The notes below the pieces were generated by a model. The model saw nothing but the letters and a program-made list of their open reading frames with translations. It made no database searches and was not told the DNA's origin. From positions 7,185 to 71,184 of the forward strand of contig CAIQAL010000001.1 in NCBI GenBank assembly GCA_903869825.1: 64,000 nt of DNA. The letters run 5' to 3'. The position numbers were made by a program, and so were the translations under genes. Below, piece by piece: positions 50,954 through 58,802 of this stretch; the first letter of the stretch is position 1, and every line of letters starts with the position of its first letter. This DNA is from an uncultured bacterium (GTDB lineage: Bacteria; Patescibacteriota; Minisyncoccia; Phycocordibacterales; UBA9973).

Positions 50954-51307
50954 ATGAGACACGGAAACAACAAACGAAAATTTGGACGAGAAAAGAATCA
51001 AAGAAATGCACTTATGATATCTTTGGCACTTAATTTGATTATCAGAGAAAAAATAAAGACTACTGAACCAAAAGCAAGAGAACTCAGGCCTTTTATTGAA
51101 AAGCTTGTTACTCGAGCAAAAAAAGATACTTTAGCGAACCGCCGAGTAGTTCTTTCAAAAACTCTAAACCGAGACAAAGAAGTGAAGAAACTTTTTGAAA
51201 AAATAGCTCCAAAATATGTGGATATCAATGGTGGCTATACCAGAGTTTTGAAATTAGGAGCCAGAAAGTCCGATGGCGCCAAAATGGCCATTATTGAATT
51301 TGTATAA
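50954..51307 (+). CDS. rplQ: 50S ribosomal protein L17
   Basis: MRHG, IKTT..KA.E, GGYTRV.K, R.SD.A.MA.IE. Confidence 0.97.
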   Translation: MRHGNNKRKFGREKNQRNALMISLALNLIIREKIKTTEPKARELRPFIEKLVTRAKKDTLANRRVVLSKTLNRDKEVKKLFEKIAPKYVDINGGYTRVLKLGARKSDGAKMAIIEFV

Positions 51308-51318
51308 TTATAACGATT

Positions 51319-51687
51319 ATGAAAAAAGAAAATAACAAAAAAGAAGTGAAAGTGATTGATGCGAGCGGAAGAACGCTCGGTCGAGTGGCCACTGAAGTTG
51401 CTATGTCTTTGATGGGTAAAACCAAAGTTACTTTCGAGCGGAATGTTTATTCCGGGATTCCGGTTAAGGTTGTGAATGCATCAAAAATAAAAATAACTGC
51501 CAAAAAATTGGAAGGGATTGATCACAAAAGATATTCCGGGATGCGAGGGGGGCTTCGAATCACAAAAGGTACCGAAACAGTTGAGAAAAAAGGATTCAAT
51601 GAATTACTTAAGTTGGCAATCTTCCAAATGCTTCCAGGAAATAAATTACGAAGAGAAATGATGAGACATTTAACAATAGAAAATTAG
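51319..51687 (+). CDS. rplM: 50S ribosomal protein L13 (short)
   Basis: IDASGRTLGRVA..L.GK, VVNA.K, YSG..GG, MLP.N. Confidence 0.92.
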   Translation: MKKENNKKEVKVIDASGRTLGRVATEVAMSLMGKTKVTFERNVYSGIPVKVVNASKIKITAKKLEGIDHKRYSGMRGGLRITKGTETVEKKGFNELLKLAIFQMLPGNKLRREMMRHLTIEN

Positions 51688-51693
51688 AAATTT

Positions 51694-52101
51694 ATGGAGA
51701 AAAAAATGACAAAAGAAAAATATATCGAGGCAGTTGGGAGAAGAAAAACTTCTACCGCGAGAGTGCGAATTACCGAGGGCAGCAAGTCCAGCTTTATTGT
51801 GAATGAAATGGATGCCAAAGATTATTTTAAGACCGATGAACAGAAACGCCTTATTATCGATCCGTTGGCCTCGATCACTGGAAGTAAATGGCACGTAGAA
51901 GTCCGAGTTTCAGGTGGAGGAATCCACTCTCAGGCTGAAGCAATCCGACATGGACTCTCAAGAGCTTTGGTAGAATCTGATCCAGAAATGCGTGGAAAAT
52001 TAAAAACATTGGGATTCCTGAAAAGAGACCCAAGAGCGAAAGAACGAAGAAAATTCGGACTCAAGAAAGCCCGCAAGGCTCCACAGTGGAGTAAACGTTA
52101 A
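51694..52101 (+). CDS. rpsI: 30S ribosomal protein S9
   Basis: GRRKTS.ARV, GGG..SQA.AIRHG, RDPR.KERRK.G..KARK.PQ.SKR. Confidence 0.97.
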   Translation: MEKKMTKEKYIEAVGRRKTSTARVRITEGSKSSFIVNEMDAKDYFKTDEQKRLIIDPLASITGSKWHVEVRVSGGGIHSQAEAIRHGLSRALVESDPEMRGKLKTLGFLKRDPRAKERRKFGLKKARKAPQWSKR

Positions 52102-52104
52102 AAT

Positions 52105-52130
52105 AAAAAAATCCCCGAAAGGGGATTTTT
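52105..52130 (+). terminator. Intrinsic terminator of the ribosomal protein operon
   Basis: aaaaatcccc-gaaa-ggggattttt. Confidence 0.85.
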
Positions 52131-52163
52131 AATTGATAGTAATTTATGATAGTATAGAAATGT

Positions 52164-52775
52164 ATGAAAGATGAAGAAAAAGAAAAAAAAGAGGAAAATA
52201 AGGATGAAATGACGCCGAAGGAAGATGCTTCTGAGGTTTTAGAGTTTGAATTTAATGATGACGGAGAAGAAGATCTTAAAAAAACCATAAAAAAGCTTCG
52301 AGCAGAATTAAAGAAAATTAAAGCCGAAAAAGACGAATATTTAACCGGCTGGCAGAAAGAACGAGCGGATTTTGTGAACTACAAGAAACAAGACGAAGAC
52401 AGAAAGTTGAATTTCTCCGAATCAATCCGGGAAAGAATTCTAACCAGGTTTTTGAGTGTGGCGGACAGCTTCAATATGGCCTTTGCAAATAAAGAAGCTT
52501 GGGAAAAAGTTGATGAAAATTGGCGCAAAGGGGTGGAATATATCTATGGTCAGATGAATACTATATTTGAAGAATATGGAGTAAAATCAATCGGGGAAGC
52601 GGGAGAAAGTTTTGATCACAACATCCATCATTCGATAGAAATGATTCCGACTGATAAAAAAGAAGACGATCATAAAATTGCTGAGGTTATTCAAAGAGGA
52701 TACAAACTTGGTGACCGCGTAATTCGAGCTGCCCGAGTGAATGTTTTTGAGTACCATGACAAGCCCACAGAATAA
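52164..52775 (+). CDS. grpE: Nucleotide exchange factor GrpE
   Basis: RADFVNYKK, GESFD..H, VIQRGY.L..RVIR.A.V.V. Confidence 0.93.
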   Translation: MKDEEKEKKEENKDEMTPKEDASEVLEFEFNDDGEEDLKKTIKKLRAELKKIKAEKDEYLTGWQKERADFVNYKKQDEDRKLNFSESIRERILTRFLSVADSFNMAFANKEAWEKVDENWRKGVEYIYGQMNTIFEEYGVKSIGEAGESFDHNIHHSIEMIPTDKKEDDHKIAEVIQRGYKLGDRVIRAARVNVFEYHDKPTE

Positions 52776-54480
52776 AACCTGTCAGAATTGCAAGTGTGAC
52801 TTCATAATCGAATCTGAAGATTTTAATTTTTACGAGAAGATAAAGGTTCCACCACCGACTTGGTGTCCGGAATGTCGAATGATAAGACGTATGTCCTTTC
52901 GTGATTACAGGGTACTTTATAAAAGGAAAAGTGATAAAACGGGGAAAATAATTTTTTCTATTTTTCCACAAGAATCTCCTTTTAAAGTTTGGGAACGTGA
53001 TATTTGGTGGTCGGATGAATTGAATGCTCTTGATTACGGGAAAAACGTAGATTTTAATAAAAATTTCTTTATTCAACTAAAAGAACTTTTTTTTGATGTT
53101 CCTTCATCGGGGCAAACTTGTTGGAATATGGTCAATAGTGAGTATTGCACTGGTGCTAATAGTTTAAAAAATTGTTACCTGGTATTTGTATCCACGTTTT
53201 CAGAAGATTCCATGTATTGTGCAGAAATAAATAGAACAAAGAATTCTATTGACGTTACAAGAATCGAGTCGTCGGAATTGTGCTATCAATCTTTTGCTCT
53301 CATAAAGTGTTATCAAGCTTTCTTTTCTTCTCATTGTGAAAACTGCATGGATATCTGGTTTTCCAGAAACTTAGTTGGTTGTAATTATTGTTTTGGTTGT
53401 ACAAATTTAAGAAACAAGCAATACTGCGTTTTTAATAAACAATACACAAAAGAAAATTATATCAAATATGTAGATGATCTTGACCTAAGCTCTTACAAAT
53501 CAATGAAAGCGGTAAAAGAAAAGGCAGAAAAAGTAGTGGAAAAAAGTATCAGAAAATTCATGGAAGGACGATACAATTCTAATGTTTCCGGTGAGTACAT
53601 CAATAACTCAAAAAATACTTTTAATAGCTATTACGTTATTCAAGGAGAAGACAGTAAGTATGTTCAATCTTTTTTCACTCCTGGTTTTAAAGACTGCTAT
53701 GATTGTACGATGTGGGGACAAAATTCCGAATTATGCTATGAATGTTCTTCTGTCGGAGAAAATTGTTATAACAATAAATTTAATTATCGTTGCAGTAGAG
53801 GTTCGCATGATTGTGAGTATTCCTATAGTTGCTATGGAAGTTCAAATATTTTTGGTTGTTCTGGACTTATTAATAAACAATATTGCATTTTAAATAAACA
53901 GTACACAAAGGAAGAATATTCCAGACTAAGAGAAAAAGTAATCAAACACATGAATGATGTCCCATACTTAGACAAAAAGGGGACAATGTATACGTACGGA
54001 GAATTCTTCCCCTTAGAATTGTCTCCTTTTTCTTACAATGAATCAATGGCCCAGGATTATTTTCCCCTAGAAAAAAAACAAGCCGTTAACCTAGGTTTTA
54101 GGTGGAAGGATAAAGAAGAAAGGAATTACAAGATAGATATCAAAAATGAAAATATTCCTGATAGTAATAAAGACATTACGGAAGATATCTTAAACAAGGC
54201 GATTGAATGTGAAAACAAAAACAAAAACGTCGAATATTGTACTGAAGCGTTTAAAATTATTAAATCAGAGTTGCAGTTTTATAAAAAATTTAATTTACCA
54301 TTACCAAGATTATGCCCAAACTGTAGGCATTTTGATCGTTTAAAAATGAGGAATTCTTTGAAACTTTGGAACCGCAAATGTATGAAAGAAGGTTGTCAGA
54401 ATGAATTTGAAACCAGCTACGCTCCCGAATGTCCTGAAATCGTTTACTGTGAACGTTGTTATCAACAAGAAGTATACTAA
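52756..54480 (+). CDS. Cys-rich Zn-ribbon/repeat protein, copy 4
   Basis: CQNC..F.IE.ED..FY.K..VP.PT.CPECR, WWSD, two CFGC-type/YC.(F/L)NKQY modules, GEFFP..LSPF.YNE, terminal YCERCYQQEVY; likely start ATG 52756 overlaps the grpE 3' end. Confidence 0.88.
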   Translation: MTSPQNKTCQNCKCDFIIESEDFNFYEKIKVPPPTWCPECRMIRRMSFRDYRVLYKRKSDKTGKIIFSIFPQESPFKVWERDIWWSDELNALDYGKNVDFNKNFFIQLKELFFDVPSSGQTCWNMVNSEYCTGANSLKNCYLVFVSTFSEDSMYCAEINRTKNSIDVTRIESSELCYQSFALIKCYQAFFSSHCENCMDIWFSRNLVGCNYCFGCTNLRNKQYCVFNKQYTKENYIKYVDDLDLSSYKSMKAVKEKAEKVVEKSIRKFMEGRYNSNVSGEYINNSKNTFNSYYVIQGEDSKYVQSFFTPGFKDCYDCTMWGQNSELCYECSSVGENCYNNKFNYRCSRGSHDCEYSYSCYGSSNIFGCSGLINKQYCILNKQYTKEEYSRLREKVIKHMNDVPYLDKKGTMYTYGEFFPLELSPFSYNESMAQDYFPLEKKQAVNLGFRWKDKEERNYKIDIKNENIPDSNKDITEDILNKAIECENKNKNVEYCTEAFKIIKSELQFYKKFNLPLPRLCPNCRHFDRLKMRNSLKLWNRKCMKEGCQNEFETSYAPECPEIVYCERCYQQEVY

Positions 54481-54481
54481 T

Positions 54482-56137
54482 ATGAAACCAGAAACAAGAA
54501 CATGCGAACATTGTGGTAAGGAATTCTCTATTTCAGAAGAAGAATTAAATATGTATAAGAAGATAGATATTGAATTACCGACTATTTGCTTTTTTTGCCG
54601 AGTAAAAATTCACTTGTCTTTTTGGATGTTCGGAAAATTTCGAAAAGGAAAATCTGATCTTTCTGGGGAAAGCTTAATAACAGTTTTGCCTAATAAAAAT
54701 CGTTATCCAATCTATACTCTAACGGAATGGTGGAGCGATAAATGGGATGCAATGGATTTTGGACAAGATTACGATCAACAAAGAACTTTTTTTTCTCAGC
54801 TAAAGGAATTGCAAGAAAAAGTCCCGCATCCACATCAAAACGGTAGTAAAAATACAGGATGTGATTGGTGTGACGATGTTTGGAATTCTAAAAATTGTTA
54901 TTTAGCTCGCTCGATGGTTGATTGTGAAGATTTATATTATTCTTACAGAAACTTAAATGTTAAAAATTCTATAGATGTGACTGTTTGCTATAACTCTGAA
55001 AAGCTATTTGATTCGTTAAATTGCCTTCATTCTTTTAAAATTTTTTATTCAAGAAACTCAAGAGACTGTGTAGAATCGTATTTTTTATTTGATTGTCGTA
55101 ATTGTCAAAATTGTTTCATGTGCTGGAACTTGAGAGGTAAATCATTTTGTATAGAAAATATCCAATATACTAGGGATGATTATTTTGAAAAATTAAAATC
55201 ATTTAACTTAGGGTCATATAAGTCAATTCAAAATTTCAAAATAAGATTTGAGGAAATAGCACGTACCGAAGTTGTGCATAGAGAAAATTTTAACCTTAAA
55301 ATTCATAATTCTGACGGAGATCAATTAATTAACTGTAAGAATTGTCATAACTCGTTTACTATAAGCGATTCAGAAGATAGTTATAATTGCATAAGAGGAA
55401 AGAATGAAAAGTCTAACATTGACGCCAATGGCACATGGGATTCTGAATTAATAGGTAATTGTAGTTCTTGTTTTGGTGGTTATATGCAAAAATATTGTGC
55501 TTGGTCAACTTCTCGATTTTCAGAATACTTGGATTTATGTTTAGAATGCGAAAATTGTTTTGGTTGTGTCGGACTTAAAAAGAAAAAATATTGTATTTTA
55601 AATAAGCAATATGAAAAAGAAGAATATGAAAAACTTATGTTGGAAATTATTACTAATATGAAAAAAAGGGGAGAGTATGGAAAGTTTTTACCTTTTCTAA
55701 TGTCTGCAGGGCCATTTAATTTCTCTACAAGCTTTCTGTATTTTCCAGAAACGAAAAAAGAAGATATTTTAAAGCTTGGAGGTTATTGGGAGGATGTTGA
55801 TGAAAGTCATATCGAAGGAATGCTGACTAGTGAATTACCTGATAGCATAAAAGATGTTCCTGATAATATTATTACCGAAGCCTTAATTTGTCCACAAACT
55901 GGTTGGCGTTTCAATATTGCACAGAACGAACTAAATTTTTACCGGCAAAATAATATTCCGCTGCCTAGACGACATTTTGATGTTAGAATTAAAGACAATA
56001 TAAAATATTCGACAGTGTTGCAATCTTATCATTACAAATGTTTTTATTGTAAAATAGATATCGATGGCTATTATCCGCCGGAGTGGGAATATAAAAAAAT
56101 TGCTTGTGAAGAGTGTTACAAGCAAAATATTAACTAA
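54482..56137 (+). CDS. Cys-rich Zn-ribbon/repeat protein, copy 5
   Basis: Same architecture; likely start ATG 54482, 1 nt after the copy 4 stop; ends CEECYKQNIN. Confidence 0.88.
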   Translation: MKPETRTCEHCGKEFSISEEELNMYKKIDIELPTICFFCRVKIHLSFWMFGKFRKGKSDLSGESLITVLPNKNRYPIYTLTEWWSDKWDAMDFGQDYDQQRTFFSQLKELQEKVPHPHQNGSKNTGCDWCDDVWNSKNCYLARSMVDCEDLYYSYRNLNVKNSIDVTVCYNSEKLFDSLNCLHSFKIFYSRNSRDCVESYFLFDCRNCQNCFMCWNLRGKSFCIENIQYTRDDYFEKLKSFNLGSYKSIQNFKIRFEEIARTEVVHRENFNLKIHNSDGDQLINCKNCHNSFTISDSEDSYNCIRGKNEKSNIDANGTWDSELIGNCSSCFGGYMQKYCAWSTSRFSEYLDLCLECENCFGCVGLKKKKYCILNKQYEKEEYEKLMLEIITNMKKRGEYGKFLPFLMSAGPFNFSTSFLYFPETKKEDILKLGGYWEDVDESHIEGMLTSELPDSIKDVPDNIITEALICPQTGWRFNIAQNELNFYRQNNIPLPRRHFDVRIKDNIKYSTVLQSYHYKCFYCKIDIDGYYPPEWEYKKIACEECYKQNIN

Positions 56138-56138
56138 T

Positions 56139-56672
56139 TTATTTTTTGAGAGCTTTAAGAAATTCCAGATTTGTTTCCGGATCAAGTTTTTCAGTAACAA
56201 TAATCATCAATTCCGAACAAAGGCCCAAATCTTTTTTAATATTCGTGAAAAGATATTCGTATGGATGAGGGGAGATCCAGACGGTATTTTTTATGCAAAC
56301 GAAATTCGCTTTCTTGAGTAAGTAGCGTAATGCTTCACGTTCGCTTTTTCTTTCTTCAGGAATATCTAAAATTATAATTCGCCAAAGTCCGTCCCAGGTA
56401 TTTGACACGAGTGCTTCTTCGCCTTCGAGACGAATGGAGTTTAATTTTCTTTGGCCTTTTTTGGTAATTTTCAGGTATTTTTGGTTGTCGGAACTGTGGA
56501 TTTCCACGCAACCTGATTCGATTAATTGCTTGATAGAGCGGGCGAGGGCATAGTTTTTCTTTTGGTCTTTCCCTTTTATTGCTTCAACAGAAATGGCAGG
56601 TTTTTCAGACAAAACTTTCAAAATAGCCTTTTGAATATTGGGTTTTTTGATGTTTTTTACTACTTTATCCAT
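56139..56672 (-). CDS. PaaX-like transcriptional regulator (wHTH + Cas2-like ferredoxin-fold domain)
   Basis: wHTH ending YLKITKKG, then WDGLWRIIILDIPE.RK..R..LR..L...F..I..TVWISP. Confidence 0.85.
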   Translation of the reverse strand: MDKVVKNIKKPNIQKAILKVLSEKPAISVEAIKGKDQKKNYALARSIKQLIESGCVEIHSSDNQKYLKITKKGQRKLNSIRLEGEEALVSNTWDGLWRIIILDIPEERKSEREALRYLLKKANFVCIKNTVWISPHPYEYLFTNIKKDLGLCSELMIIVTEKLDPETNLEFLKALKK

Positions 56673-56681
56673 AACACTTGC

Positions 56682-56764
56682 ATTATACCAAAATCTGATT
56701 ATAATATCAACAAGTATTTTGCGACCACGAAATACTTGTCAAAATTATTAGATGGGTATATACT
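56682..56764. promoter_or_regulatory. Back-to-back promoters (PaaX-like gene and dnaK) flanking a palindromic operator
   Basis: - strand: TTGATA (56705-56710)-17-TATAAT (56682-56687). + strand: TTGTCA (56736-56741)-17-TATACT (56759-56764). ACAAGTATTT-N10-AAATACTTGT at 56710-56739. Confidence 0.75.
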
Positions 56765-56825
56765 TGAAAAGTAAAATAAATTATTAGCTTGCCCCGCCAA
56801 AAGCGTGGGATAATCGAAAAAAAAT

Positions 56826-58736
56826 ATGTCAAAAATTATTGGGATAGACTTAGGTACAACAAATTCAGCGGTAGCTATAATTGAAGGAGGCGTACCAAAA
56901 ATTATTGAAAACGTCGAAGGAAATCGCACGACTCCTTCGGTGGTAGCAACTGCTAAAAATGGCGATCGTATCGTGGGGTTACTTGCAAAAAGACAAGCAG
57001 TGACAAATCCAGAAAATACCATCGCGGAAATCAAGCGCTATATGGGGCACCGCTTTGATGATCCGGGAGTGCAAAAAGATAAAATTTCTGCTCCATTTAA
57101 AATTGAAGCTGAAGAAAACGGCGGAGTGAAAGTAAAAATGTCCGACAAATTTTATCGGCCGGAAGAAATTTCTGCCATGGTATTGCAGAAAATAAAAGCA
57201 GACGTCGAAGCAAAATTGGGAGAAAAAATTACCGAAGCGGTCATTACCGTGCCGGCATATTTTAATGATGCTCAAAGAAAGGCAACGAAAGATGCTGGTC
57301 TTATTGCTGGGCTTGATGTAAAGAGAATTATCAACGAACCGACGGCCGCAGCGCTTGCTTACGGATTCAATAAAAAGAAAAATGAAAAGATTGTGGTATA
57401 CGATTTCGGAGGTGGAACCTTTGATGTGTCTGTACTTGAGATCGGAGATGATGTAATAGAAGTAAAATCGACCGATGGAGACTCTCACATGGGCGGAGGT
57501 GATATTGATCGAAAAATAATTACTTGGATTGCGGAAGAATACAAAAAGGAATCTGGAGTGGACGTTAGAAAAGATCCACTTGCTCACCAACGTTTAAAGG
57601 AAGCGGCTGAAAAAGCAAAACACGAACTCTCTACCACAATGGAAACAGAAATCAATATTCCTTTTATCACTTCCGATGCATCAGGACCGAAACACTTACT
57701 CATGAAAATGTCTCGAGCCACCTTGGAATCTTTGGCCAAAGAATACATTGACCGCTCGATAGAGATAACCAAGCGTGCTTTAGAAGCTTCGCCGTTTAAA
57801 ATGGCGGAGATAGATGAGATTATTATGGTTGGCGGTCAAACTCGAATGCCAGCTATTGTAGAGGCGGTAAAAAACCTTTTCGGGAAAGCTCCAAATATGT
57901 CTATCAACCCGGATGAAGTCGTAGCTCTTGGAGCTGCAGTGCAGGCAGGAGTGTTGGCAGGAGACGTGCGAGATGTTTTACTGCTCGACGTCATTCCACT
58001 TTCCTTGGGAATTGAAACCTTGGGAGGCGTGGGAACAAAATTGATTGAAAGAAATACTACTATTCCGGCTTCAAAATCACAAGTGTTTTCAACTGCTGCC
58101 GACAATCAAACAAGCGTTGAGATTCATATTGTCCAAGGAGAACGTCCGATGGCCGCTGACAACAAATCACTCGGCCGGTTTATTTTGGATGGTGTTCCAC
58201 CATCTCCTCGAGGAATGCCTCAAATCGAAGTCACTTTTGATATTGATGCAAACGGAATCTTAAATGTGAAAGCGCAAGATAAAGCATCCGGGAAAGTGCA
58301 ATCAATCAAGATTGAAGCAAGTTCTGGATTAAAAGATGAGGATATTAAAAAAATGCAAGCGGATGCTGAAATTCACGCAGAAGAAGATAAAAAGAAAAGG
58401 GAATTAGTGGATGTGAAAAATACCGCTGAGATGATTATTTACACTGCGGAAAAAGCAGTGAAAGAGAATGATGCAAAAATTCCGGAAGATATCAAGAAAA
58501 CAGTAAATGAGAAAATCTCAGCTCTTCGTTCAGTAAAAGACAGTACGGATATGGAGGCTGTCAAAAAAGCGACCGAAGAACTTTCAGCTGAGATGTCTAA
58601 AATCGGCGAAGCTATGGCAAAAGCTGGAGCGACCGATACCAAAGACACAACCCCAGAAGAACAAAATCCAGAAGTGTACGATGCCGAATTCAAGGAAGAT
58701 AAAGACAAGCCTGGAAGCGAAGCTCCTAAACAATAA
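56826..58736 (+). CDS. dnaK: Molecular chaperone DnaK
   Basis: [46 protein letters not shown]. Confidence 0.98.
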   Translation: MSKIIGIDLGTTNSAVAIIEGGVPKIIENVEGNRTTPSVVATAKNGDRIVGLLAKRQAVTNPENTIAEIKRYMGHRFDDPGVQKDKISAPFKIEAEENGGVKVKMSDKFYRPEEISAMVLQKIKADVEAKLGEKITEAVITVPAYFNDAQRKATKDAGLIAGLDVKRIINEPTAAALAYGFNKKKNEKIVVYDFGGGTFDVSVLEIGDDVIEVKSTDGDSHMGGGDIDRKIITWIAEEYKKESGVDVRKDPLAHQRLKEAAEKAKHELSTTMETEINIPFITSDASGPKHLLMKMSRATLESLAKEYIDRSIEITKRALEASPFKMAEIDEIIMVGGQTRMPAIVEAVKNLFGKAPNMSINPDEVVALGAAVQAGVLAGDVRDVLLLDVIPLSLGIETLGGVGTKLIERNTTIPASKSQVFSTAADNQTSVEIHIVQGERPMAADNKSLGRFILDGVPPSPRGMPQIEVTFDIDANGILNVKAQDKASGKVQSIKIEASSGLKDEDIKKMQADAEIHAEEDKKKRELVDVKNTAEMIIYTAEKAVKENDAKIPEDIKKTVNEKISALRSVKDSTDMEAVKKATEELSAEMSKIGEAMAKAGATDTKDTTPEEQNPEVYDAEFKEDKDKPGSEAPKQ

Positions 58737-58747
58737 AATTTGTTTTC

Positions 58748-58772
58748 AAAAAGACCCAACATGGGGCTTTTT
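58748..58772 (+). terminator. Probable terminator after dnaK
   Basis: aaaaagaccc-aacat-ggggcttttt. Confidence 0.55.
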
Positions 58773-58802
58773 GTTTTTCACCTTTGTGATATAATTTATC
58801 TA

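Noticed and set aside
47831-54480. Diversity-generating retroelement (VR/TR pair) between the similar 3' ends of copies 3 and 4
   Set aside because: The differences are mostly synonymous and not adenine-specific, both segments are coding, and no reverse transcriptase is in the window.
56139-56672. CRISPR-Cas locus suggested by the Cas2-like domain
   Set aside because: No repeat-spacer array, cas1 or effector gene; the N-terminal wHTH fits the stand-alone PaaX-like family.
52131-56825. CIRCE or CtsR boxes at chaperone genes
   Set aside because: TTAGCACTC-N9-GAGTGCTAA was not seen and there is no convincing CtsR heptad repeat; the short tgatagta duplication before grpE is too weak in AT-rich DNA.
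11503-58802. Upstream-extended starts in the ORF track (11503, 22187, 41391, 52741, 54401, 58740)
   Set aside because: The extensions overlap neighbouring genes, terminators or promoters; downstream ATGs (11557, 22229, 41427, 52756, 54482, 58803) fit paralog N-termini or -10 spacing better.
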